Below are positions 1-8,971 of a stretch of DNA of 64,000 nucleotides, piece after piece. The notes below the pieces were generated by a model. The model had not been told where the DNA came from and did not search any database. It saw only the letters and a program-made list of their open reading frames with translations. The first letter of the stretch is position 1, and each line of letters opens with the position of its first letter. This stretch comes from Lachnospiraceae bacterium (GTDB lineage Bacteria; Bacillota; Clostridia; Lachnospirales; Lachnospiraceae), in contig JAZLKM010000027.1 of the NCBI GenBank assembly GCA_045597645.1, positions 5,184 through 69,183 of the forward strand. The letters run 5' to 3'. Position numbers and translations under genes: made by a program.

Positions 1-1
1 A

Positions 2-1165
2 TTATACCTTACTTAAGAACTCTACTATCCTTTTTGCCTGTACATCCCAGGTTCGTTCGTTCACTACAAATTCATAAGCTCTTTTCGCAGTGTCATCCAG
101 TTCCTTTTCTGACATTGCCGCCACCTTGTCAATCGCAATTGCCAATATGTGTGGCTCGTTGCTGTCTGCAAAATATAGCTTGTCCTCGTATTCTTCTGTA
201 AATCCATTAAGCCTGGTGGACAATGTCGGCCTTCCACTTATCATGTATTCAAAAGTCTTGGATGGGAAAGTCACCTGCGCTATCGGATCCTCTGGATTTC
301 TCGGATTCACCAGCACCCAGGCATTTCTCTGCACCTTTCGCATCTCCTCTGGCAGTATCTTTCCGCCAAATCTTATGGTGCTGCAAGCCTTTTGCTTAAT
401 GTACTCTGCCGCGTCTCCACTGCCGTATATTTCCAGCACCACCTCTTTGTTTTTCACTAACCTCATAGCCTCTATGAGCTCCTTGATGCCACTGTAATCG
501 TTGAGAGAGCCACCATAGACAATATTTTTTATTGTGTTGTTTCGTGGTGATATAGGTTCAATTGAGGACTTAGCTACAGCTCCATCCATAACCATATATT
601 CAGCATTTGGCGCATACACTTCTGCCGCATGCTTGTTCAGGGCTATCACTCTGTCAACACGGCTTATATATCTGGCTGTTTTTCTGAAGAAACTATTCAT
701 AACCAGTTTAGATATGCCACGTCTGTTATAGTTGTCGTCTATAGGCAGGTCAGCCAATAGCGGAACCACCTTGTACCCCTGCTTTCTCAGCTTATTTGCT
801 GCATATCCTGTCTGTGGATACATATTAAAGGTCACAAGTACAGCATCTGGGTTCTCTCTTAAATATGACAGGCATTCTCTATATGCATGTCTACCCTGTT
901 GGCGCTGCTTTATCACCGGAAGATTTCTGAACCCCACTCTTGTGGACTCCATAAATCCCAGGTCTATAGTCTCCTTTTTATACCTGCGCTTTGCATCTTT
1001 CGGCCACGCTGACACAGGATAGATAGTGACTGCCTTTAGCTCATCACACAATGGCTCCAGCGCCTCCAACAGGCCCAGCTGCATATTGTTGCCCGCTACT
1101 GAGACTCCAGAACACTGTCCTGCTTCTTTTTTTGATACTGCATACCCCAGAAAAATAATCTTCAT
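2..1165 (-). CDS. Glycosyltransferase, GT-B fold (GT4/GT1-like)
   Basis: 387-aa ORF with its stop at 2-4. The C-terminal half shows a GT-B donor-binding pattern (IVYGGSL..., VNPRNPEDP..FPSKTFEYMISGRP). Its start lies 1 nt from the stop of the upstream GT4. Confidence 0.65.
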   Translation of the reverse strand: MKIIFLGYAVSKKEAGQCSGVSVAGNNMQLGLLEALEPLCDELKAVTIYPVSAWPKDAKRRYKKETIDLGFMESTRVGFRNLPVIKQRQQGRHAYRECLSYLRENPDAVLVTFNMYPQTGYAANKLRKQGYKVVPLLADLPIDDNYNRRGISKLVMNSFFRKTARYISRVDRVIALNKHAAEVYAPNAEYMVMDGAVAKSSIEPISPRNNTIKNIVYGGSLNDYSGIKELIEAMRLVKNKEVVLEIYGSGDAAEYIKQKACSTIRFGGKILPEEMRKVQRNAWVLVNPRNPEDPIAQVTFPSKTFEYMISGRPTLSTRLNGFTEEYEDKLYFADSNEPHILAIAIDKVAAMSEKELDDTAKRAYEFVVNERTWDVQAKRIVEFLSKV

Positions 1166-1166
1166 G

Positions 1167-2252
1167 TCAAATCACCATAAGATGTGTATCTACCATTTTT
1201 TCGATGGTATATTCCGCCGCCCTTTGCATGGCTTTTTGTGACATAACGCTGCGCAAATCCCCATCTGCTAACGTATTCACTCTGTCAGATAATTCCTTTT
1301 CGCTGCCATTCGAGATGAGATAACCATTTTCTCCATCTATTATCATCTCTCTCGCTGCGAGACTTCCCTCGGTTCCTATAACTGGAAGGCCTGCCGCCAT
1401 AGCTTCTCCTACTACCAGTCCCCAGACATCTCGGCTCGACAGGAAAGTAAATATATCGCATGCTCTAAAGAATTCCATCACCTCAGCCCTTGGCATGAAG
1501 TCTAGAAAATGTATCCTGTCCTTAGCAGCGCTACTGTCCACAATCTCCTTCAAATCTTCTGTGGGCTCTCCCCCAATAATATATATGCCGACATTCTGTG
1601 GCATTTTCTCTGCCGCACGAAGAAGCACATCGTGCCTTTTCAACTGTATCATACGGCCGACTGACACCACCGCCAGCTCCTCTTTTATATTGTACTTAAG
1701 ACGAAGCGCCTGCTTTTGCTCTGCATCCGCTGCTCTAATCTCACTGGCTGCATAAGACGACAACGGGTATCGGATGATGTCATCTAGCTTTGCTCCGTAG
1801 GCCATAAGATAATTATCGAACTCCTTCGAGGTTGAGAAACACTTTGTGGCGTTTGCCACCACATTTCTCTTTAGCTTAGCCTTTAAGCCCTCAACTGGAC
1901 CTGTAAAGCCCCCGTCCCCCTCAAATATATAAGGTATCTTTCTTCGCTTAAGGGTATTCACCACTATCTGCGCTGTGGGAGATGCCAGCACCTGCACTAT
2001 CACCACATCATACCTACCTGGTACCAGGTATTTCGTGATTTTGGGGCATATGGCCATATCCACTCCAAAGGATATTCCATCTAATATTATGCCTTGGAAA
2101 TTCTTGAAGCTTTGATTCTTCCAAGACTCATCTCGTTCAGCACTCGAAGCCCTCTCAAATACCACTGTAAGCTCGCAGTATTTTCCAAGCTCATTAAAAA
2201 AATCTACTCTGTAAGGCGAGGGTATGTTTGCGTAAAATAGAACCTTCTTCAA
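1167..2252 (-). CDS. Glycosyltransferase family 4
   Basis: 361 aa. Has a typical GT4 C-terminal domain (SSRDVWGLVVGEAMAAGLPVIGT, then ENGYL). Tightly packed in the operon. Confidence 0.8.
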   Translation of the reverse strand: MKKVLFYANIPSPYRVDFFNELGKYCELTVVFERASSAERDESWKNQSFKNFQGIILDGISFGVDMAICPKITKYLVPGRYDVVIVQVLASPTAQIVVNTLKRRKIPYIFEGDGGFTGPVEGLKAKLKRNVVANATKCFSTSKEFDNYLMAYGAKLDDIIRYPLSSYAASEIRAADAEQKQALRLKYNIKEELAVVSVGRMIQLKRHDVLLRAAEKMPQNVGIYIIGGEPTEDLKEIVDSSAAKDRIHFLDFMPRAEVMEFFRACDIFTFLSSRDVWGLVVGEAMAAGLPVIGTEGSLAAREMIIDGENGYLISNGSEKELSDRVNTLADGDLRSVMSQKAMQRAAEYTIEKMVDTHLMVI

Positions 2253-2254
2253 TA

Positions 2255-3529
2255 TTATGCCTCACCTTTCACCGGCAACGGCGCCAATACGCTAAACAAT
2301 CCCATCACCATAACCGCCAACTGATATTTGTCATAACCATGGCCCGCATGCTCAGCGAATACAAGTAGCCACAATATTGGAACCAGCATAATCGCTGCCA
2401 ATAATATTGCTTCCAGACCTTTTCCGGTACTTTTTATGCGCTTATGCTGACATATCAGTGCCACTATCAGGTATATACAAGTCAGAACTATGAGCAGCTT
2501 ATTTATGCTATGGAAGTATCCATAAAAGTTGTACCTAAGCATCATGCCTCTATTGGTGAAAGCAGCACTCTCGCCTGTGATACGGGTGAAAAGCTGAGTC
2601 ATCACTGTACTTTCCCCTAAAAACAGCACATTGAGCAACTGCCTTAACAAGAGCTCAACCACAAGCCCCAGGCTCCAAAGAATCCCATTTCTCACAAAGC
2701 CTATAGCGTTTTCCTTAAAAGCTACGCCCTTTGCTGCGCGCATCATAATCATAAGGAGCATAGGCATGCAAAATGAATAAATCGGCATACTCCAATAGTT
2801 CAGCACATATGTGACCATTCCGATAATGAAAAATACCAGTGGCTCTCTTTTCTCAAATTTCTCATTGCCATCAAGCATCAGAACCATTATGCACAGGCCA
2901 TACATCATGATGATGTCTGTAGCATAAGCCAGACACTGAACTATAAGTGGCAACCCTGTCATGATGCACATCACTGTAAATGATATTGCCACAGGCATTC
3001 CCAGCTTCCTGTAAATCAGTACTACTGTCACTATAAGGAGTGCCAATGCCAGCCCCCAGGCTAAGAACCTAATCTGTCCAAGATTTAATCCCAACATAAT
3101 CACTCTCATAACTGAGGTAAAAAGAGAATAATATCTTGTGTATTCAAAGTATGTGGTCTGCTCACCGTCCACCACACTTCTTAGGTTATTTATATCTCCG
3201 TAATACAGTTCCTTCGCGTCCTTATCCACCGAGAATGCGTTAGTCAGTGCATTCTTGAATGGGCTTCCATACTCTCTGGTTATAGCCGCATTCACAATTA
3301 CAGTATCCGTAAAGTTGTCGAAGAAATAATTCTGCTGTTGACCTCCTAATAGGTACTCTGGATATGTACCCTCAGTTTCCAGCTGCTCCATACTTTCTCT
3401 GGCATTATCCCGCAAGCTGTCCGCAGGTATGCAAAAGCTCAGCACCGAAAATAGGTACACAAAGCAATTGATTGCTACAAATGCAATCAGCATATTCAAT
3501 ATTGTCTTTATTGCCTTCTTCTGTGTCAC
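2255..3529 (-). CDS. Polytopic membrane protein of unknown family (candidate polymerase/ligase-type glycan enzyme)
   Basis: 424 aa. It has an N-terminal TM, a ~110-aa hydrophilic loop, then about 8-9 hydrophobic spans. I recognise no MBOAT, Wzx or EpsG motifs. It sits between a PGT and GT4 genes. Confidence 0.45.
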   Translation of the reverse strand: MTQKKAIKTILNMLIAFVAINCFVYLFSVLSFCIPADSLRDNARESMEQLETEGTYPEYLLGGQQQNYFFDNFTDTVIVNAAITREYGSPFKNALTNAFSVDKDAKELYYGDINNLRSVVDGEQTTYFEYTRYYSLFTSVMRVIMLGLNLGQIRFLAWGLALALLIVTVVLIYRKLGMPVAISFTVMCIMTGLPLIVQCLAYATDIIMMYGLCIMVLMLDGNEKFEKREPLVFFIIGMVTYVLNYWSMPIYSFCMPMLLMIMMRAAKGVAFKENAIGFVRNGILWSLGLVVELLLRQLLNVLFLGESTVMTQLFTRITGESAAFTNRGMMLRYNFYGYFHSINKLLIVLTCIYLIVALICQHKRIKSTGKGLEAILLAAIMLVPILWLLVFAEHAGHGYDKYQLAVMVMGLFSVLAPLPVKGEA

Positions 3530-3580
3530 TTTTCTACCTTATTCTGCAGCCTTTGGTATGCCAATCAATATACCTACCGC

Positions 3581-4987
3581 TTAGTCGTCTTCCTTATTAA
3601 TTTCTTCTCTCATGATAGCTATCTGCTCATCTGAGAAGCCTTCCGTACTTTCCTTTTGGAAAATTACTTTTATTGTTTCAAATAGTATCTGTATATCCAG
3701 CCAAAAGCTGTAATTTACGATATACATCAGATCCATTTTCAGCTTGTCATATGCTGTTGTATTGTATCTGCCGTAGACCTGAGCATATCCGGTGAGACCA
3801 CCCTTTACTTTAAGTCTATATGAGAATTCTGGGATAAATTCAGAATATTTCTCCATATGCTCTACACGCTCTGGCCGCGGACCCACTATACTCATATCTC
3901 CCTTTAAGATATTTAACAGCTGTGGTAATTCGTCTATTCTGGTGCTCCTGATGACTCTGCCCACCTTCGTGATTCTATCGTCATCCTCACCCGCAGGTCT
4001 TGGCTTTCCATCTCTCTCTGCGTTCTCCACCATGCTACGAAACTTCAGTATAAAGAACTTCCTTCCGCCCATTGTCACGCGTTCCTGCTTGTAGAAAATA
4101 GGGCCATGATCCTCAAGCTTTATCGCTATTGCAGTCACAAGAGTGAACGGAAGTGTGACTATAAGTCCTAACACAGATAGGGCTATATCTGCAATTCTTT
4201 TTGCCAACGCCTGCCCGAAAGTTAGTCCTCCGTTTTCACACAAAATCAGTGGAGAATCGAAGAGGTTCACCTCCTGTGCTCCCCTCACCATTATGTCTGA
4301 AAGCTTTGGTGTCACGTATACTCTGATGTCATTTTTATATGCAAACTTCATCAGCTTATTCTTGCGGCTACTCTTAATGTCATTGATGATGACTGCATCA
4401 TAGCCGAACATTTCCTCCTGGATACCTACCAAATCCTCTGCTGGAAGATCGTTCCCCACATAGATGCGCTTAGTCACCTTGTACAGGTCAGCTCGCTGAT
4501 TTACCTTGAGGTCCAGATTGTTCGGATGATCTCCATACAGTTCAAGCACTCTGTAAGGTGGAACCAAAAGGCCATAGACCTTCGTCAGTATAAATGTCAG
4601 CAGCAACGTCATTACCGTGCTTATACCCCACAGCTGTGCTACCCATATGAACACTTCCTTCATTACCCAGGTATTAGCGATTACCAGCACCAGCATCGCA
4701 AATACCGCTATGTGCGCCACTGCCACCCCAAAAAACTGGCCAAGGAGGGTGTTGCTTAGCTTATGATAGCTTATGCGTAGTGCTCCGAACGCTTTCAGCG
4801 TCAGTGTGTAAATCATAAAGTACAAAAGGACTATCAAGTAGTTTCCTTTTCCAAGGAATGCCCTGTCCATAAGTCCATTAAATTTGGTAATCCAATACCA
4901 TGCAAACACCGCTGTGCTGGCCAGTCCCAGCATCAGCCCTACCATGAAAATGTATAGTTTTTGTCTCTTGTTCTTCTGCTTTGGCAT
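3581..4987 (-). CDS. Large polyprenyl-phosphate phosphoglycosyl transferase (WbaP/CpsE/EpsL-type bacterial sugar transferase)
   Basis: 468 aa. N-terminal TM bundle plus the C-terminal catalytic domain signature (GPIFYKQERV, KFRSM, RIDELPQLLNILKGDMSIVGPRPER, GLTGYAQV). Confidence 0.9.
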   Translation of the reverse strand: MPKQKNKRQKLYIFMVGLMLGLASTAVFAWYWITKFNGLMDRAFLGKGNYLIVLLYFMIYTLTLKAFGALRISYHKLSNTLLGQFFGVAVAHIAVFAMLVLVIANTWVMKEVFIWVAQLWGISTVMTLLLTFILTKVYGLLVPPYRVLELYGDHPNNLDLKVNQRADLYKVTKRIYVGNDLPAEDLVGIQEEMFGYDAVIINDIKSSRKNKLMKFAYKNDIRVYVTPKLSDIMVRGAQEVNLFDSPLILCENGGLTFGQALAKRIADIALSVLGLIVTLPFTLVTAIAIKLEDHGPIFYKQERVTMGGRKFFILKFRSMVENAERDGKPRPAGEDDDRITKVGRVIRSTRIDELPQLLNILKGDMSIVGPRPERVEHMEKYSEFIPEFSYRLKVKGGLTGYAQVYGRYNTTAYDKLKMDLMYIVNYSFWLDIQILFETIKVIFQKESTEGFSDEQIAIMREEINKEDD

Positions 4988-5955
4988 TATTTGTCGCCTG
5001 TTACTTCCCTTTTTAGTTTTCCTGCAATGAACTCCTCTGTCCTTTGCATAGAAGTATATGTAGCACCTCCAATATGAGGTGTAATAATCAGATTGTGGTC
5101 AGCCTGAAGTTCTATGAGCTCTGTGAGCTTGTTGTCGCCATGAGCCTCATCCTTAAGCACGTCTATGGCAGCTCCCTTCAACGTGTTAGTGCGAAGTGCC
5201 ATTATCAGGGCCTCCTCGCTCACCAGCTCGCCTCTTGCCGCATTGATAAAATACTTCCCATCCATGCAAGCGAACTCATAGGCACCAATCATATTTTCAT
5301 TCTCTGGCGTATAGTTCACACACAATATGACCATGTCAGCTATATCTATCAGATCTGTCAGCGTATTTCGCTTATCGTATTTAGTCTCATATTCAGGATA
5401 GCTCTCGGTGTCGTAGTAATGTACATTCGCACCAAATGCGTCAAAATATCCTGCAATTATCTTGCCGACTCTGCCCAGACCTATGATGCCTATATTTAGA
5501 CCATATATCTCGAATCCCTTGTATAAATCTCTGTCCCACACCTGGCTATTCTGATTCAAAAATGCATGACTATAATTTCTTAAAAGTCCTAGTGCCAGCC
5601 CAAATACATGCTCCGGTGTAGCTCTGATGCTCGATAAAAATTCATACTCGCCCTTGAGCGATACCACCTGCACCCCCGGCCTTGTTACATTTATGTGATT
5701 GAGTCCTGTGGTGGGACTGCATATGTATTTTAGATCCGGTGCATCCTTTATCAGCTCGTCATCTATGTAATGTGCGAGCCTTATAAATACCGCTGTCTTG
5801 TCCTTCAGAAAGTCAGCTATTTTCTGACGTAGCTCGTCCCCTTGGGCACCTGCTCCGTCAAATAGTTCCACCTGTCCCAGCTGTCCTATTTCGTTTATCG
5901 CCTTTGGTGAAAAATCCTCTGGCTCTAAAATTCCTGTTTTAAAATTTTCTGACAT
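4987..5955 (-). CDS. D-isomer-specific 2-hydroxyacid dehydrogenase family, NAD-binding
   Basis: 322 aa. Rossmann motif GIIGLGRVGK plus the catalytic-region patterns ARGELV and ITPHIGGAT. Its stop overlaps the PGT start by 1 nt. Confidence 0.85.
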   Translation of the reverse strand: MSENFKTGILEPEDFSPKAINEIGQLGQVELFDGAGAQGDELRQKIADFLKDKTAVFIRLAHYIDDELIKDAPDLKYICSPTTGLNHINVTRPGVQVVSLKGEYEFLSSIRATPEHVFGLALGLLRNYSHAFLNQNSQVWDRDLYKGFEIYGLNIGIIGLGRVGKIIAGYFDAFGANVHYYDTESYPEYETKYDKRNTLTDLIDIADMVILCVNYTPENENMIGAYEFACMDGKYFINAARGELVSEEALIMALRTNTLKGAAIDVLKDEAHGDNKLTELIELQADHNLIITPHIGGATYTSMQRTEEFIAGKLKREVTGDK

Positions 5956-5961
5956 AGATTC

Positions 5962-6663
5962 CTACTTCTGCTCTCTGGCGATTTTCCATCTAAGCAGCTC
6001 AACATCATCCATAGTATCAAGGTTCACTGAGTTCTCTCTGCTCATCACATACATAGCTGGAACATCGTCAAATACCTTCTTCTCTGCCAACATGTAGTCA
6101 GAATCAGTGATATATATTGCACCATTTCTCACGTACCAAGGTTCCAGTTCCTGCCTGCGCATACCCTTATTGTGGCCTTCATGGAGTGGAACTGCCTTGT
6201 CTCCATCCTTATGATATGCCACCAAGTCACAGATATATTCTTCCTTGTAGCAGGTGATGAGCGACTTTGCCGGGCTGTTTCTATATATCTCGAGCGCTGC
6301 TCCTATATCCTCTGGTGTGCGAAGCGGTGTCGTGGGCTGTAGTAGCACTATGGTGTCATACACGATACCCTGCTCCTTGTAGAATTCATAGGCATGTATC
6401 ATTACATCGACGCTCTTGGAGGTGTCTGCTGCCAGATATTCCGGTCTCATAAATGGCACTTCTGCCCCATATTTTCTGGATACTTCAGCTATCTCTTCAT
6501 CGTCAGTTGACACAATGACTTTATCTACATAGCCTTTCTCCATTGCTCCAAGCCCTGCTTCTATGCTCCAGGCTATAAGCGGACGTCCTGCAATGTCCAG
6601 AATATTTTTTCTCGGTATTCCTTTTGAGCCTCCACGGGCTGGTATCAATGCTAAAACTGGCAT
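5962..6663 (-). CDS. neuA: Acylneuraminate (nonulosonate) cytidylyltransferase, CMP-NulO synthetase
   Basis: 233 aa with the N-terminal signature ALIPARGGSKGIPRKNI. Adjacent to NeuC and NeuB homologs. Confidence 0.85.
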   Translation of the reverse strand: MPVLALIPARGGSKGIPRKNILDIAGRPLIAWSIEAGLGAMEKGYVDKVIVSTDDEEIAEVSRKYGAEVPFMRPEYLAADTSKSVDVMIHAYEFYKEQGIVYDTIVLLQPTTPLRTPEDIGAALEIYRNSPAKSLITCYKEEYICDLVAYHKDGDKAVPLHEGHNKGMRRQELEPWYVRNGAIYITDSDYMLAEKKVFDDVPAMYVMSRENSVNLDTMDDVELLRWKIAREQK

Positions 6664-6714
6664 ATAGTCTCTCTGTTCTAGTCAAGGCTCGCCCTGACAA
6701 TTCTTTATTCGAAA

Positions 6715-7872
6715 TTAGTACTGCAAAATCTTGTTTATCGGCACATCACCCAGCTCAGCTATGATTTTTGCAATGCGTTCTCCAGCTTTGCCATCACCGT
6801 AGAGTGTGTCACATTCAGGTCTTTGGGATGCGCATATTTTCTCATAGGCTGCTGTGATATCCTCAGCTTTATATGCACAGTCAATTACGTTCTTGCCTCG
6901 CTGACGACCTATCTGTCTGTCGCCGATGTTGATGGCTGGTACTCCCAGATATGAGCATTCTCTTATAGCTACAGATGAGTTACCTACCACGCACTGGCTT
7001 CCCATGAGGAGTACCAAAAAATCCTCAGGGTCCATATTTTTGAAGAAATATATATTGCTTTTCTTGTTATGCTCACGATGTACTCTGATTGCCTTTGCCA
7101 CTCCGTCAGAGCCTGCATCTACATTCGGCCAAAACCAATATACCTGCTTGCCGAATTTCTCCACAGTCTCCAAGAGTTCCTGGGTCTGCTCTCTGGCATG
7201 CTCTATATCCGTAGTCAGAGGATGCTGCTGTACTACTATGTAGTCTGCTCTATCCTCCAGCAGATATCCTACTCCATTATATTTTGATGGCGGGTCAAAT
7301 TTCAGCTTTTCATAATTGCTTCTTACAGACTCTGCTATATCAATAGATGGACATCCGGTTATATATACTCGGCTTGGGTCCTCACCCATCTTGATAACTC
7401 TCTCTCTTGCCTTCTCATTGGCCACGAGATGTATATCCGCAAGTTTCGTTACTGCATGGCGTACCTTTTCATCTATATTTCCAGTGACCTCTCCGCCCTG
7501 TATATGCACCAGAGGGATATTCATGTAAGAAGCTGTAATAGCTGTAGCCATAGTCTCGAATCTGTCAGCTATTGTCACCACTATATCCGGCTTAATATTG
7601 TCAAATATAGTACTAAGCTCCAATATTCCTAGCCCTGTGGTCTTGGCAGTCACATTAATATTTTCTCCGCTGACTACGTTATAGGCCTCTGCTGCCACCT
7701 CAAAGCCATCTGCTCTGATCTGGTTTACCACCTTGCCATAGTTATCAAGCACTGCCGATGCTGCTGCCACTATCTGCAGGTTTACATCCTTATACTTTTT
7801 TAATTCAAACAGCGCGCTTCTAATGCGTGAATAGCTAGGTCTTGCTGTTATGACTACGCATACATTTTTCAT
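6715..7872 (-). CDS. neuC: UDP-N-acetylglucosamine 2-epimerase (hydrolysing), NeuC/LegG family
   Basis: 385 aa. Epimerase_2 pattern (VVITARPSY, ADRFE, HIQGGEVTGNIDE, GNSS, NIGDRQ.GR). Its start overlaps the neuB stop by 1 nt. Confidence 0.85.
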   Translation of the reverse strand: MKNVCVVITARPSYSRIRSALFELKKYKDVNLQIVAAASAVLDNYGKVVNQIRADGFEVAAEAYNVVSGENINVTAKTTGLGILELSTIFDNIKPDIVVTIADRFETMATAITASYMNIPLVHIQGGEVTGNIDEKVRHAVTKLADIHLVANEKARERVIKMGEDPSRVYITGCPSIDIAESVRSNYEKLKFDPPSKYNGVGYLLEDRADYIVVQQHPLTTDIEHAREQTQELLETVEKFGKQVYWFWPNVDAGSDGVAKAIRVHREHNKKSNIYFFKNMDPEDFLVLLMGSQCVVGNSSVAIRECSYLGVPAINIGDRQIGRQRGKNVIDCAYKAEDITAAYEKICASQRPECDTLYGDGKAGERIAKIIAELGDVPINKILQY

Positions 7873-8891
7873 TACTCTAAATCCTCCAGTCTGACAGGCT
7901 CGTCTATTGACACTGCCTTGGTCAGAACCCTGCCGATTAGCTCGGGCTTTTTATTCTCAGGAATTCCTATGTTTGGCTTTTTAGCAGCCAAATCCGATGC
8001 CACCAATACATGTCCCGGCTCCAGATTTCTATTGTAATAGATGCTCTTTGAGAACATCTGCTTTAGATTCTCCCTATCCACATCTCTTTTTGAGAAGTCA
8101 GTACGGGCATTTTTCATAGCTGTTATAGCCTTAGCACCATCCACGATACGCTTCAAATCATCCAGTGATACTGACGCCTTTACATCCGGTCCAAACATAT
8201 ATGGGCTCATGGTGACATGCACCTCGGCTACCATAGCACCCAAAGTCATAGCTGCAAGGCAAGGATATATAGTGGCTGAATGATCTGAAATTCCTATCAC
8301 GCAATCCTCATACCTGCTCTTCATCTGAGTTATAAGTCCTATATCTATCTGCTCTGGCAGCGACGGATATGCTGTAACACATTGGAAAATAACCGTCTCG
8401 TTTCCGTTCTTTCTTACCTTATAGACATGCCTGTCCAGATCCTCCCATGTAGATAATCCTGATGAGAGGAGAATTGGCTTACCTGTAGCTATAGCTGCAT
8501 CCAGAAGTGCCTCGTTAAATATCTCTCCTGCGCCAAATTTCATAGCTGGCACGCCTATTTTATCCAAAAGCTCTAAGGCCTTCATGGAAAATGGAGAGCT
8601 AAGGAAATCTATGCCTCTGTCGTCTGCATGCTTTTTAAGCCCTGCCCACTGCTCATCAGTAAATTCCATTCGCTCCCAGTAGTCATACCTAGTCTGATCC
8701 TCGAAACTAAATGGCACTCTGAATGGCTCGAGCGGTGTGCTCTCCTGTGACGCTATATGTGTCTGAAACTTAACGGCTGACACTCCCTGATCTGCCACTG
8801 CATCAATAAATGCATGGGCTTGACCCAACGAACCATCATGGTTCTGGGATATCTCGGCGATTACATATGGCTTTTCCAATTCTCTAAACAT
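7872..8891 (-). CDS. neuB: N-acetylneuraminate synthase family (NeuB/LegI-type nonulosonate synthase) with C-terminal SAF domain
   Basis: Motifs YVIAEISQNHDGS, KFQTH and ISDHS, plus a C-terminal SAF-like tail. The track ORF starts at 8924, but that ATG has no Shine-Dalgarno (SD). The in-frame ATG at 8889-8891 is preceded by AGGAGAAG with 8-nt spacing. Confidence 0.85.
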   Translation of the reverse strand: MFRELEKPYVIAEISQNHDGSLGQAHAFIDAVADQGVSAVKFQTHIASQESTPLEPFRVPFSFEDQTRYDYWERMEFTDEQWAGLKKHADDRGIDFLSSPFSMKALELLDKIGVPAMKFGAGEIFNEALLDAAIATGKPILLSSGLSTWEDLDRHVYKVRKNGNETVIFQCVTAYPSLPEQIDIGLITQMKSRYEDCVIGISDHSATIYPCLAAMTLGAMVAEVHVTMSPYMFGPDVKASVSLDDLKRIVDGAKAITAMKNARTDFSKRDVDRENLKQMFSKSIYYNRNLEPGHVLVASDLAAKKPNIGIPENKKPELIGRVLTKAVSIDEPVRLEDLE

Positions 8892-8971
8892 AAGCTCTTC
8901 TCCTGTTGATGCTATGTCCGCCATTCTATGGCATTTCTGCCATCAAAACCTTGCTCATTTCACAGCCCAGC

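Noticed and set aside
6678-6696. Small imperfect hairpin GTCAAGG-CTCG-CCCTGAC in the neuC-neuA spacer.
   Set aside because: The stem is 7 bp with a mismatch, and neither strand has a U-tract. It is not credible as a terminator.
8926-8943. Palindrome ATGGCA-GAAA-TGCCAT, which doubles as a 5-codon mini-ORF (ATG GCA GAA ATG CCA TAG), just upstream of neuB.
   Set aside because: The stem is only 6 bp, with no T-run and no SD for the mini-ORF. It most likely lies in the untranslated spacer once the neuB start is moved to 8891. Too weak to call a regulatory element.
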